From positions 1-41,900 of IMG/VR virus record IMGVR_UViG_3300028960_000080: 41,900 nucleotides of DNA; one strand, 5' to 3'. Shown one piece after another: positions 16,516 through 25,953 of the stretch. The translations under genes were made by a program, and so were the position numbers. Position 1 is the stretch's first letter. Every line of letters starts with the position of its first letter. The notes beneath the pieces were generated by a model. That model saw nothing but the letters and a program-made list of their open reading frames with translations. It did not search any database and had not been told where the DNA came from. The stretch is from a virus (lineage: Duplodnaviria; Heunggongvirae; Uroviricota; Caudoviricetes).

Positions 16516-16659
16516 CTGGGGCTGGGGATTCGTTGGTCCTTGCCTATTCCGCAGTTATCCATTGGTTCGGCTTCTTTGACGTTTCCGCTTCTGATTTGCG
16601 GTACATGATGTTTCCTCAATTTGCACCTGCTGTATCAGCGAGGTGAGAGATAACTACAA

Positions 16660-16986
16660 ATGCCTCATAACCCAAATACCTGGCTGGAGTTGGTCCAGAG
16701 CTGGTGGCGTGGAGACACACCGCTGGGCGCAGTGATTATGTCGATTGTTATGGCTGGTTTACGTATCGCCTATTTTGGCGGTGGTGGCGGCTGGAAGCGA
16801 AAAACACTCGAAATTCTACTCTGTGGCGCTCTGACGCTGACTTTTGCATCCGCTCTTGAGTATGTCGGATGGCCTAAATCACTATCTGTTGCCATTGGTG
16901 GTGGGGTGGGGCTGATCGGTGTCGATGCTATTCGTGGGGCTGCAATGCGAGTAATCGGTAACAAATTTGGTGGCTCTAAGGAGTAA
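16660..16986 (+). CDS. Putative holin (108 aa)
   Basis: Small hydrophobic protein with Gly-rich membrane segments immediately upstream of the endolysin; not lambda S-like. Confidence 0.65.
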   Translation: MPHNPNTWLELVQSWWRGDTPLGAVIMSIVMAGLRIAYFGGGGGWKRKTLEILLCGALTLTFASALEYVGWPKSLSVAIGGGVGLIGVDAIRGAAMRVIGNKFGGSKE

Positions 16987-16989
16987 TTT

Positions 16990-17466
16990 ATGCAGGAACT
17001 AAATTCCCAGCGTAAAGCTTTCCTTGATATGGTGGCTTGGTCAGAAGGAACGGATAACGGACGACAACCGACACGTAACCACGGTTATGACGTTATTGTC
17101 GGTGGTGAACTCTTCACTGATTACTCCGATCACCCTCGCAAACTTGTCACGCTAAACCCGAAACTCAAGTCAACAGCCGCCGGACGTTACCAGCTTCTTT
17201 CACGCTGGTGGGATGCTTACCGTAAACAGCTTGGCCTGAAAGATTTTTCTCCAGAAAGCCAGGACGCTGTAGCTCTGCAGCAGATTAAAGAGCGTGGCGC
17301 TTTACCGATGATTGACCGTGGCAATATTCGTCAGGCAATCGACCGTTGCAGCAATATCTGGGCGTCATTACCTGGTGCAGGTTACGGTCAGTATGAACAT
17401 AAAATCGGTGACCTGATTGCACGGTTTGAAGAGGCTGGTGGGGTGATAAATGAAGTTGAGCTATAA
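16990..17466 (+). CDS. R: Endolysin, lambda R-type lytic transglycosylase
   Basis: Translation closely resembles lambda R over its length (e.g. QRKAFLDM.AWSEGTDNGRQ.TRNHGYDVIVGGELFTDYSDHPRKLVTLNPKLKST). Confidence 0.95.
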   Translation: MQELNSQRKAFLDMVAWSEGTDNGRQPTRNHGYDVIVGGELFTDYSDHPRKLVTLNPKLKSTAAGRYQLLSRWWDAYRKQLGLKDFSPESQDAVALQQIKERGALPMIDRGNIRQAIDRCSNIWASLPGAGYGQYEHKIGDLIARFEEAGGVINEVEL

Positions 17467-17842
17467 GCTGGTTATCGCTGCTTTCTTCGTTACTGTCATT
17501 GGTTCTTTCATCTGGTCAGCCAACCACTACTACAGCAAATATCAGTACGAAAAGAAACGTGCTGATGAGGCTGTACGAAATGCTGGATCAGCAACAGCCA
17601 TTACCAATAACGTCCTGCAATCACTGCAAATCGTCAATACAGTACTGGAGGCTAACCAGCATGCAAAACAGCAGATCGCACTGGAGTCACAAAGAACCCA
17701 GGAAGATATCAAAATGGCCGTTGCGGATGATGATTGTGCTTCACGTCTTGTGCCTGCTGCCGCTGCTGAGCGGTTGCGGAAGTATGCGGACAGTTTACGT
17801 GAACACTCCGACGGTACCACTGCCAGCCAGCCTGACGGCTGA
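17450..17842 (+). CDS. Spanin inner-membrane subunit (Rz-like)
   Basis: N-terminal transmembrane helix then coiled-coil-like region; overlaps the endolysin stop; contains the Rz1 start in +1 frame. Confidence 0.75.
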   Translation: MKLSYKLVIAAFFVTVIGSFIWSANHYYSKYQYEKKRADEAVRNAGSATAITNNVLQSLQIVNTVLEANQHAKQQIALESQRTQEDIKMAVADDDCASRLVPAAAAERLRKYADSLREHSDGTTASQPDG

Positions 17843-17996
17843 AACCCCTCAGCCTGATTTACCTGATCATTTTACGTGGGGCTCGAGCTTAGATCTGAAT
17901 GCCGCCTTGTTGTCTGCATTGGCGCAGTGTAATACCGATAAAGCTGACATCAGAAGGATTGAAGTTGAGCGTGGTCACATCATGCAAAAAAAATGA
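17727..17996 (+). CDS. Spanin outer-membrane lipoprotein subunit (Rz1-like), overlapped architecture
   Basis: Internal ATG of track ORF 17499..17996 gives MMIVLHVLCLLPLLSGC with lipobox LLSGC; Pro-rich mature part; starts inside Rz and extends past it. Confidence 0.7.
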   Translation: MMIVLHVLCLLPLLSGCGSMRTVYVNTPTVPLPASLTAETPQPDLPDHFTWGSSLDLNAALLSALAQCNTDKADIRRIEVERGHIMQKK

Positions 17997-18088
17997 TGTT
18001 CACTTTATTTTGTTCCTTGATTTGATATGTGATGACCCAATAGATACAAAGCACCTGATTTGGGTGATTTTTTTGAAGGACTATACAC

Positions 18089-18409
18089 ATGAAAGACGGC
18101 ATTTATTTTGTTGTGTTCAGAAGCGGTCATAATGATGTTGGCAATGGCACGGTCGTTGTGAAGGATAATGCGGTTAATGGTGGTGATTTTGGGTTTACCT
18201 ATCAGGGGCGTGTACAAGATGGGGTATTGAAACTTCATGTATCCCGCCATAACCCTTCAGCACAAAACGTTATTGCAGGCCTTAACGATTATGTGATGGA
18301 TCTCTCTGTGAGAGATATTGGGGATGGTTATTACCTTGAAGGTGGAATTGCTGGTGTTCCTGGTGCGACTCTGTCTGTACAGGCGAAATTTATCGGCAAT
18401 TTGATTTAA
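18089..18409 (+). CDS. Hypothetical protein (106 aa) between lysis and packaging modules
   Basis: ORF followed by a strong intrinsic terminator; no recognisable motif. Confidence 0.5.
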   Translation: MKDGIYFVVFRSGHNDVGNGTVVVKDNAVNGGDFGFTYQGRVQDGVLKLHVSRHNPSAQNVIAGLNDYVMDLSVRDIGDGYYLEGGIAGVPGATLSVQAKFIGNLI

Positions 18410-18427
18410 ATCGATTCTCTCCTAAAC

Positions 18428-18453
18428 CGCCCACTTTCCACGGGCGGTTTTTT
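18428..18453 (+). terminator. Rho-independent terminator
   Basis: CCGCCC-ACTTTCCAC-GGGCGG hairpin followed by TTTTTTG. Confidence 0.7.
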
Positions 18454-18505
18454 GTTGCCATTACGATGGGGTAGACCTGTAGTAATGATTGAAGGAGAAA
18501 TTTAA

Positions 18506-18856
18506 ATGCCCCCACGAACCCCAAAAGCCTGCCGTGTTCGCGGCTGCCGCCATACCACCACTGACCCGTCAGGCTACTGCGAAAGCCACAAAGGCGAAGG
18601 CTGGAAGCAATACAAGCCGGGCCAGTCCCGTCATCAGCGCGGTTATGGTTCGAAGTGGGACGGTATCCGCGAGCGCGTCCTGAAGCGTGACAAAGGTTTA
18701 TGTCAGTCATGTCTGCATGCTGGTGTGGTGCGTGAGGCGAAAACCGTTGACCACATCGTTCCTAAAGCGCATGGCGGCACTGATGCCGACAGTAATCTGC
18801 AGAGTCTGTGCTGGCCGTGTCATAAGGCGAAGACGGCCCGTGAACGGCTGAAGTAA
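18506..18856 (+). CDS. HNH endonuclease (packaging-associated)
   Basis: HNH zinc-finger signature (CxxC...H...N...CxxCH) directly upstream of the terminase genes; GAAGGAGAAA Shine-Dalgarno. Confidence 0.88.
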   Translation: MPPRTPKACRVRGCRHTTTDPSGYCESHKGEGWKQYKPGQSRHQRGYGSKWDGIRERVLKRDKGLCQSCLHAGVVREAKTVDHIVPKAHGGTDADSNLQSLCWPCHKAKTARERLK

Positions 18857-18881
18857 GAACCAGTTTCCACTGCCAGAGGGG

Positions 18882-18945
18882 AGGGGCGGGTCAAATCCCT
18901 GTGACCTGACGTCTTCCGGACTGCCCGCCCCATCGTTTTTTTATA
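18882..18945 (+). other. GC-rich hairpin plus T-tract between HNH and terS (terminator and/or cos-proximal element)
   Basis: GGGGCGGG ... CCCGCCCC inverted repeat followed by ATCGTTTTTTT; HK97-type phages place cos between the HNH gene and terS. Confidence 0.35.
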
Positions 18946-18981
18946 CCCGCGAAAAATGAAATTTAACCAGGAGTGCCGCAT

Positions 18982-19476
18982 ATGGCTGGAACGGCGGGGC
19001 GTTCCGGGCGTCGCCCCAAGCCAACGGCGCGCAAGGCGCTGGCCGGAAACCCCGGCAAGCGAGCCCTGAACAAAGATGAACCTGTTTTTACGCCCATCAA
19101 AGGTGTTGAGCCACCGGAGTGGTTCGCTGAAGAAGATCTCCCTCTCGCCACGATCATGTGGCAACTGACAACCAAAGAACTCTGCGGTCAGGGCCTGCTG
19201 TGCGTGACTGACCTCGCGGTGCTTGAGCGGTGGTGCGTGGCCTATGAGTTCTGGCGACGTGCCGTGAAAAATATTGCCAGACAGGGCAACACCATCACCG
19301 GTGCAATGGGCGGCATGGTCAAAAATCCGGAGCTGACCGCCAAAAAAGAACAGGAGTCCGAGATGAGCAGCACGGGGGCAATGCTCGGACTCGACCCCAG
19401 CAGCCGTCAGCGTCTGATTGGCCTGGCGGGGCAGAAGAAAACCACTAACCCGTTTCTGAAAATCATCGAATCATGA
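18982..19476 (+). CDS. terS: Terminase small subunit (P27 family-like)
   Basis: Immediately upstream of and overlapping the large terminase; AGGAG Shine-Dalgarno 9 nt before the ATG at 18982. Confidence 0.8.
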   Translation: MAGTAGRSGRRPKPTARKALAGNPGKRALNKDEPVFTPIKGVEPPEWFAEEDLPLATIMWQLTTKELCGQGLLCVTDLAVLERWCVAYEFWRRAVKNIARQGNTITGAMGGMVKNPELTAKKEQESEMSSTGAMLGLDPSSRQRLIGLAGQKKTTNPFLKIIES

Positions 19477-21206
19477 GCCGGAAATCTTACCCCAACGTAA
19501 ATGCTGCCAATCAGTATGCCCGGGATGTCGTGCGCGGAAAGATTGTGGCCTGCCAGTTTGTGATTCAGGCCTGCCAGCGCCATCTTGATGACCTGATGGA
19601 GGAAAAAAGTAAGTCGTTTCGTTACCGCTTCGACAAGGACCTGGCTGAACGGGCCGCGAAATTTATTCAGCTGTTGCCGCACACCAAGGGTGAGTGGGCA
19701 TTTAAGAGGATGCCCATCACGCTGGAGCCGTGGCAGCTCTTTGTGATCTGCTGCGCGTTTGGCTGGGTCAATAAAGGCTCCCGGCTGCGCCGCTTCCGTG
19801 AGGTGTATACCGAAATCCCCCGTAAGAACGGCAAATCGGCAATCTCTGCCGGTGTCGCCCTGTATTGTTTTGCCTGTGATAACGAGTTTGGCGCGGAAGT
19901 GTATTCCGGTGCCACGACAGAGAAACAGGCGTGGGAAGTCTTTCGCCCGGCGCGACTGATGTGTAAACGCACACCCATGCTGACGGAAGCGTTCGGGATT
20001 GAGGTTAACGCCTCAAACATGAACCGTCCGGAGGATGGCGCGCGGTTTGAACCGCTGATCGGCAACCCCGGTGATGGTTCATCACCCCACTGTGCGGTGG
20101 TGGATGAATATCACGAGCACGCCACAGATGCGCTTTACACCACGATGCTTACCGGGATGGGGGCGCGACGTCAACCACTGATGTGGGCTATCACTACCGC
20201 CGGGTACAACATTGAGGGGCCGTGCTACGACAAACGGCGGGAAGTCATCGAGATGCTCAACGGTTCGGTACCCAACGATGAACTGTTCGGGATCATCTAT
20301 ACCGTTGATGAAGGTGACGACTGGACCGACCCGCAGGTGCTGGAAAAAGCCAATCCAAATATTGGCGTGTCGGTTTATCGCGAATTTTTGTTAAGTCAGC
20401 AGCAGCGTGCGAAAAATAACGCCCGTCTGGCAAACGTCTTTAAAACAAAACACCTCAATATCTGGGTGTCGGCGCGTTCGGCGTATTTCAACCTGGTGAG
20501 CTGGCAGAGCTGCGAGGATAAATCACTGACCCTTGAGCAGTTCGAGGGGCAGCCGTGCATTCTGGCCTTTGACCTGGCGCGTAAGCTGGATATGAACAGC
20601 ATGGCGCGACTTTATACCCGCGAGATTGACGGTAAAACGCATTACTACAGTGTGGCCCCGCGTTTCTGGGTACCGTATGACACGGTGTACAGCGTCGAGA
20701 AAAATGAAGATCGCCGGACAGCCGAACGCTTTCAGAAATGGGTGGAAATGGGCGTTCTGACCGTTACCGATGGTGCGGAGGTGGATTATCGCTACATCCT
20801 CGAGGAGGCCAAAGCGGCGAACAAAATCAGCCCGGTCAGTGAGTCACCCATCGACCCCTTCGGGGCGACCGGGTTGTCACATGACCTTGCTGATGAAGAC
20901 CTGAACCCCATCACTATCATTCAGAACTACACCAACATGTCCGACCCGATGAAAGAGCTGGAAGCGGCAATTGAATCGGGGCGCTTTCATCATGATGGCA
21001 ATCCCATCATGACCTGGTGTATCGGCAACGTGGTCGGCAAAACCATTCCGGGTAACGATGATGTGGTGAAGCCCGTCAAAGAGCAGGCGGAAAACAAAAT
21101 CGATGGTGCAGTTGCGCTGATTATGGCGGTTGGCAGAGCCATGCTGTACGAGAAAGAAGACACGCTGTCTGACCACATTGAGTCCTATGGGATCCGCTCG
21201 CTTTAA
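19473..21206 (+). CDS. terL: Terminase large subunit (HK97-type)
   Basis: 577-aa ORF with an N-terminal ATPase region (P-loop-like NGKS) and C-terminal nuclease region; conserved position before the portal. Confidence 0.93.
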
Positions 21207-21217
21207 CTGAGGTAATT

Positions 21218-21400
21218 ATGATCATGCTGATTCTCGCGCCTCTGGTGGGCGTGCTGGGGGCGCTTTTGCTGGCGTATGGTGCCTGGCTGATTTATCCCCC
21301 GGCGGGGTTTGTTGTTGCCGGGGCGTTGTGCCTGTTCTGGTCGTGGCTGGTGGCGCGATATCTCGACCGTACACAGTCGTCTGTCGGCGGAGGTAAATAG
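21218..21400 (+). CDS. Small two-helix membrane protein (60 aa)
   Basis: GAGG Shine-Dalgarno; two hydrophobic helices; unusual position between terL and portal. Confidence 0.45.
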
Positions 21401-22641
21401 TGTTCTTTTCGGGATTATTTCAACGAAAAAGTGACGCACCGGTGACCACGCCAGCAGAGCTGGCGGATGCTATCGGGTTGTCCTACGACACCTATACCGG
21501 AAAGCAGATCAGCAGCCAGCGGGCCATGCGACTGACGGCGGTTTTTTCCTGTGTCAGGGTGCTGGCGGAGTCGGTCGGGATGTTGCCCTGCAACCTGTAT
21601 CACCTGAACGGCAGCCTGAAGCAGAGAGCCACTGGCGAACGTCTGCATAAGCTGATCTCCACGCATCCCAATGGCTATATGACGCCGCAGGAGTTCTGGG
21701 AGCTGGTGGTCACCTGTCTGTGCCTGCGGGGAAACTTTTACGCCTACAAAGTGAAAGCATTTGGCGAAGTGGCTGAACTGCTGCCCGTCGATCCCAGCTG
21801 TGTGGTACCGAAGCTTAACAGTAGCTGGGAGCCGGTCTATCAGGTCACATTCCCGGATGGCTCCACGGATGTACTGAGCCAGGAGGATATCTGGCATGTG
21901 CGCACGCTGACGCTGGACGGACTGGTGGGGCTGAATCCCATCGCCTATGCCCGCGAGGCAATATCGCTGGCGGCAGCGACCGAAGAGCACGGGGCCAGAC
22001 TGTTCAGCAATGGCGCGGTGACGTCGGGTGTGTTGCGTACAGAGCAGACGCTGTCAGATCAGGCTTATGAGCGCCTGAAGAAAGATTTTGAGGAGCGTCA
22101 CACCGGGCTTGGCAATGCTCACCGCCCGATGATCCTTGAGATGGGGCTGGACTGGAAGTCGATGGCGCTGAACGCCGAGGACAGCCAGTTCCTGGAAACC
22201 CGCAAGTTTCAGCTTGAAGAAATCTGTCGTCTGTTCCGGGTGCCGTTGCACATGGTGCAGAACACCGATCGCGCCACCTTCAACAATATCGAAGAGCTGG
22301 GGCTGGGATTTATCAACTATTCACTGGTGCCGTATCTGACCCGCATCGAACAGCGGATCAACACCGGACTGGTACGAAAAAGTAAGCAGGGCGTTTATTA
22401 CGCCAAATTTAACGCCGGGGCGTTACTGCGCGGGGATATGAAGTCCCGTTTTGAAGCCTACGCCACCGGGATCAACTGGGGAATTTACTCTCCCAATGAC
22501 TGCCGCGACCTGGAAGATATGAATCCGCGTCCCGGTGGTGATGTCTATCTCACACCGATGAACATGACCACGAAACCCTCCGATGGCAGTAAAGCCGGTA
22601 AGCAGAAGGATAACGCCAATGCAGACGAAACAACGTCTTGA
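21400..22641 (+). CDS. Portal protein (HK97 family)
   Basis: 413-aa ORF after terL; recognisable as HK97-type portal. Confidence 0.9.
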   Translation: MFFSGLFQRKSDAPVTTPAELADAIGLSYDTYTGKQISSQRAMRLTAVFSCVRVLAESVGMLPCNLYHLNGSLKQRATGERLHKLISTHPNGYMTPQEFWELVVTCLCLRGNFYAYKVKAFGEVAELLPVDPSCVVPKLNSSWEPVYQVTFPDGSTDVLSQEDIWHVRTLTLDGLVGLNPIAYAREAISLAAATEEHGARLFSNGAVTSGVLRTEQTLSDQAYERLKKDFEERHTGLGNAHRPMILEMGLDWKSMALNAEDSQFLETRKFQLEEICRLFRVPLHMVQNTDRATFNNIEELGLGFINYSLVPYLTRIEQRINTGLVRKSKQGVYYAKFNAGALLRGDMKSRFEAYATGINWGIYSPNDCRDLEDMNPRPGGDVYLTPMNMTTKPSDGSKAGKQKDNANADETTS

Positions 22642-23269
22642 TGTACCGCTGAGTCTGAAATCTGTCAGTGACTCCGGGGAGTTTGAAGGGTATGGCTCCG
22701 TCTTTGGTGTAAAGGACAGCCACGATGATGTGGTGATGTCCGGGGCATTTGCTGCTTCCCTGCGGGCGTGGAGTGACAGAAAAGCGTTACCTGCGCTGCT
22801 CTGGCAGCACCGCATGGATGAGCCCATCGGTGTTTACACCGAAATGAAGGAAGACGATGTCGGGCTTTACGTCAGGGGGCGGTTGCTCATTGATGATGAT
22901 CCCCTGGCAAAACGCGCACATGCACACATGAAGGCCGGTTCGTTAACCGGCCTTTCTATTGGGTATGTCCTGAAAGACTGGGAATACGACCGGAGCAAAG
23001 AAGCCTTTCTGCTGAAAGAAATCGACCTCTGGGAAGTCAGCCTGGTGACGTTCCCGTCTAACGACGAGGCGCGGATCAGCGACGTCAAGAACGCGCTGGC
23101 CCGCGGGGAAATCCCCGAACAGAAAAAAATCGAAAGAGTCCTGCGTGATGTCGGACTCTCCCGTACCCAGGCCAAAGCATTCATGGCCGGGGGCTATGGC
23201 GCACTGTCCCTGCGCGACGCTGAGGATGTGAGCTCTGCACTGAATGCACTGAAAAATCTGAACTTCTAA
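22619..23269 (+). CDS. Prohead maturation protease (HK97 family)
   Basis: ATG at 22619 with AAGGA Shine-Dalgarno; lies between portal and major capsid gene. Confidence 0.85.
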   Translation: MQTKQRLDVPLSLKSVSDSGEFEGYGSVFGVKDSHDDVVMSGAFAASLRAWSDRKALPALLWQHRMDEPIGVYTEMKEDDVGLYVRGRLLIDDDPLAKRAHAHMKAGSLTGLSIGYVLKDWEYDRSKEAFLLKEIDLWEVSLVTFPSNDEARISDVKNALARGEIPEQKKIERVLRDVGLSRTQAKAFMAGGYGALSLRDAEDVSSALNALKNLNF

Positions 23270-23283
23270 TCAGGAGAAATACG

Positions 23284-24489
23284 ATGGCGGTAGATATTAA
23301 AGATGTCGAACAGGTCGCGCAGGAGCTGCAGCAGAAGTTTGACGACTTCAAAGCAAAGAACGACAAGCGCGTGGAGGCGATTGAGCAGGAAAAAGGCAAA
23401 CTTGCCGGGCAGGTGGAAACCCTGAACGGAAAACTCAGCGAGCTGGAAAATCTCAAAAGCGACCTTGAAAAAGAGCTGCTTGAGCTGAAACGTCCGGCAG
23501 GTGGTGCGCAAAATAAACTGGCCACCGAGCATAAAGAGGCGTTTGTGGGTTTTCTGCGTAAAGGCCGTGAAGACGGTCTGCGCGATCTGGAGCGTAAGGC
23601 ATTGCAGGTGGGCACCGATGAAGACGGTGGCTACGCCGTGCCGGAAGCACTGGATCGCAACATTCTCAACCTGCTGAAAGATGAAGTGGTGATGCGTCAG
23701 GAAGCCACGGTGATCACCGTTGGCGGTTCCGACTACAAAAAACTGGTGAATCTGGGCGGTACGGCTTCCGGATGGGTGGGGGAAACGGATACGCGATCCC
23801 AGACTGCCACCTCCAGACTGGAGCTGATTGAACCTCTCATGGGGGAAATCTACGGTAACCCGCAGGCCACCCAGAAAATGCTGGACGATGCCTTTTTCAA
23901 CGTGGAGGCCTGGATCAACAGCGAGCTGGCAACCGAATTTGCCGAACAGGAAGAAATTGCCTTTACCTCCGGCGATGGCACCAAGAAGCCAAAAGGGTTC
24001 CTGGCGTATGAATCCACCGATGAAACCGATAAGGTCCGGGCGTTCGGCAAACTTCAGCATATTGTATCCGGCGAAGCGACGGCGGTGACCGCAGACGCCA
24101 TTATCAAACTGATTTACACGCTGCGTAAGGCACACCGCACTGGCGCGAAGTTCATGATGAACAACAACAGCCTGTTTGCCATCCGTCTGCTTAAAGACAG
24201 CGAGGGTAACTATCTGTGGCGTCCGGGGCTGGAACTGGGGCAGCCGTCCTCTCTGGCGGGTTACGGTATCGCTGAAAACGAACAGATGCCGGATATCGCC
24301 GCTGATGCGAAAGCCATTGCATTTGGTAACTTCAAACGGGGTTACACCATCGTTGACCGTATCGGCACCCGCATTCTGCGTGACCCGTACACCAATAAAC
24401 CGTTTGTCGGTTTTTATACCACCAAGCGCACCGGCGGGATGCTGGTCGATTCGCAGGCCATCAAACTGCTGAAGATTGCAGCGGCGTAA
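23284..24489 (+). CDS. Major capsid protein (HK97 fold)
   Basis: 401-aa ORF with an N-terminal coiled-coil-like delta region, after the protease; followed by a strong hairpin. Confidence 0.9.
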   Translation: MAVDIKDVEQVAQELQQKFDDFKAKNDKRVEAIEQEKGKLAGQVETLNGKLSELENLKSDLEKELLELKRPAGGAQNKLATEHKEAFVGFLRKGREDGLRDLERKALQVGTDEDGGYAVPEALDRNILNLLKDEVVMRQEATVITVGGSDYKKLVNLGGTASGWVGETDTRSQTATSRLELIEPLMGEIYGNPQATQKMLDDAFFNVEAWINSELATEFAEQEEIAFTSGDGTKKPKGFLAYESTDETDKVRAFGKLQHIVSGEATAVTADAIIKLIYTLRKAHRTGAKFMMNNNSLFAIRLLKDSEGNYLWRPGLELGQPSSLAGYGIAENEQMPDIAADAKAIAFGNFKRGYTIVDRIGTRILRDPYTNKPFVGFYTTKRTGGMLVDSQAIKLLKIAAA

Positions 24490-24496
24490 TCACTCA

Positions 24497-24516
24497 GGGG
24501 CGCGGAACCGCGCCCC
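24497..24516 (+). terminator. Stable 8-bp GC hairpin after the capsid gene (attenuator or terminator)
   Basis: GGGGCGCG-GAAC-CGCGCCCC followed by TGTTCT (weak U-tract). Confidence 0.45.
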
Positions 24517-24538
24517 CTGTTCTGACGGGTGAAGAATC

Positions 24539-24739
24539 ATGATCCTGAAACAAGATCTGAAATGGTCACCGGACGGTATGCGTGTTGAGGTCATTCGGGC
24601 CGGTGAGTATGACGACGGGGCGCTTCCTGCCCGGGTGCAGGAGATTGCACTTCAGGCCGGGTTAGCAGAGCGCGGAACCAGTGCAAAAAGCAGTAAAGCG
24701 ACAAAAGAGAAAAAAGCCACGACCAGTAAAGAGGGCTGA
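24539..24739 (+). CDS. Hypothetical small head-module protein (66 aa)
   Basis: ORF between the capsid and connector genes; Lys-rich C-terminus. Confidence 0.45.
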   Translation: MILKQDLKWSPDGMRVEVIRAGEYDDGALPARVQEIALQAGLAERGTSAKSSKATKEKKATTSKEG

Positions 24740-24741
24740 GT

Positions 24742-25065
24742 ATGCTTCTGACAATGGAAGAGATTAAAGCCCAACTCCGGCTGGATGAGGATTTCGATGC
24801 TGATGACCGCCATCTGCAACTGCTGGCCTGTGCGGCGCAAAAGCGGACGGAAACGTATCTGAACCGGAAGCTCTATGCACCGGATGAAACCATTCCGGAC
24901 AGCGATCCGGACGGACTACACCTGCCGGATGATATTCGTCTGGGGATGCTGATGCTTATCAGCCATTTTTACGAAAACCGCTCGTCGGTTACGGAAGTGG
25001 AGAAACTCGACATGCCGCAGAGTTTTGGCTGGCTTGTCAGCCCGTACAGGTACTTTCCGCAATGA
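24742..25065 (+). CDS. Head-tail connector protein (gp6-like)
   Basis: Size, position and general resemblance to phage head-tail connector proteins. Confidence 0.65.
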   Translation: MLLTMEEIKAQLRLDEDFDADDRHLQLLACAAQKRTETYLNRKLYAPDETIPDSDPDGLHLPDDIRLGMLMLISHFYENRSSVTEVEKLDMPQSFGWLVSPYRYFPQ

Positions 25066-25472
25066 AAATTCGTCAGGCGCAGACCAGCGCAACCTACATC
25101 CTGCCGGACCCCGGCGAACTGAATAAACGCGTCCTGATCCGCCAGCGGGTGGATATGCCCGCGGATAACTTTGGCGTGGAGCCTCAATACCCGGTTACGT
25201 TCCGGACATGGGCGAAGGTTATCCAGACCAGTGCCACCACCTGGCAGGAAACCGCGCAGACCGGGGACGCCATCACCCATTACATCACCATTCGTTACCG
25301 CCGGGGGATCACCGCTGATTATGAGGTGGTCTGCGGTGACAGTGTGTACCGGGTGAAACGTCAGCGCGATCTGAACGGGGTGCGGCGCTTTCTGCTGCTG
25401 GAGTGTACGGAGCTGGGCGAATGTAGGCAGAGTCACGGAGGCAACAATGACGACTTCCTTTTTGCACGTTGA
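25062..25472 (+). CDS. Head closure / head-tail adaptor protein
   Basis: Position after the connector; overlapping stop/start with neighbours. Confidence 0.55.
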   Translation: MKIRQAQTSATYILPDPGELNKRVLIRQRVDMPADNFGVEPQYPVTFRTWAKVIQTSATTWQETAQTGDAITHYITIRYRRGITADYEVVCGDSVYRVKRQRDLNGVRRFLLLECTELGECRQSHGGNNDDFLFAR

Positions 25473-25953
25473 TTTTCAGCAGCCCGCGGAGATGCGCTTT
25501 AACCGCGCCCGTGTCAGGCGGGCGTTTGTCACGATTGGTCAGCGTCATATGCGTGATGCCCGTCGGCTGGTGATGCGCCGTGCACGGTCGGCACCGGGTG
25601 AAAACCCCGGTTATCAGACCGGACGCCTGGCTCGTTCGATTGGTTACATGGTACCCAGAGCCAGTAAACATCGCCCTGGTTTTATGGCACGTATAGCCCC
25701 TAACCAGCGTAATGGAGAGGGAAACCGCCGTATCAACGGTGATTTTTATCCGGCTTTTTTGTTCTATGGCGTGAGGCGAGGGGCAAAGCGTCGTCGCAGC
25801 CATCATCGTGGTGCATCCGGTGGCAGCGGCTGGCGACTGGCTCCACGTAATAACTTTATGGTGGAAACGCTTGAAAAGAACCGCAGCTGGACACGCTATT
25901 TTCTGGCGCGGGAATTGCGTAAATCACTGAAGCCGGAGCGACGACACAGATGA
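25447..25953 (+). CDS. HK97 gp10-family neck protein
   Basis: Arg-rich protein with a GENPGYQTGRLARSI-type motif typical of the HK97 gp10 family (from memory). Confidence 0.6.
   Translation: MTTSFLHVDFQQPAEMRFNRARVRRAFVTIGQRHMRDARRLVMRRARSAPGENPGYQTGRLARSIGYMVPRASKHRPGFMARIAPNQRNGEGNRRINGDFYPAFLFYGVRRGAKRRRSHHRGASGGSGWRLAPRNNFMVETLEKNRSWTRYFLARELRKSLKPERRHR

Noticed and set aside
13536-16659. Shiga toxin or another known toxin moron at the Q-S position
   Set aside because: The interval encodes only the methyltransferase and ATPase/TOPRIM genes, both on the opposite strand; no AB5-toxin-like ORFs.
17499-17726. N-terminal 76 codons of track ORF 17499..17996
   Set aside because: This is a +1-frame read-through inside Rz; the real Rz1 begins at the internal ATG just before the lipobox.
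23266-24135. 289-aa minus-strand ORF, plus other long antisense ORFs such as 19667..20065, 21415..21990, 25896..26486, 32270..32767, 10159..10671
   Set aside because: They lie wholly antisense to well-supported structural or replication genes, lack ribosome-binding sites and have Arg/Cys/His-rich compositions typical of GC-rich antisense frames.
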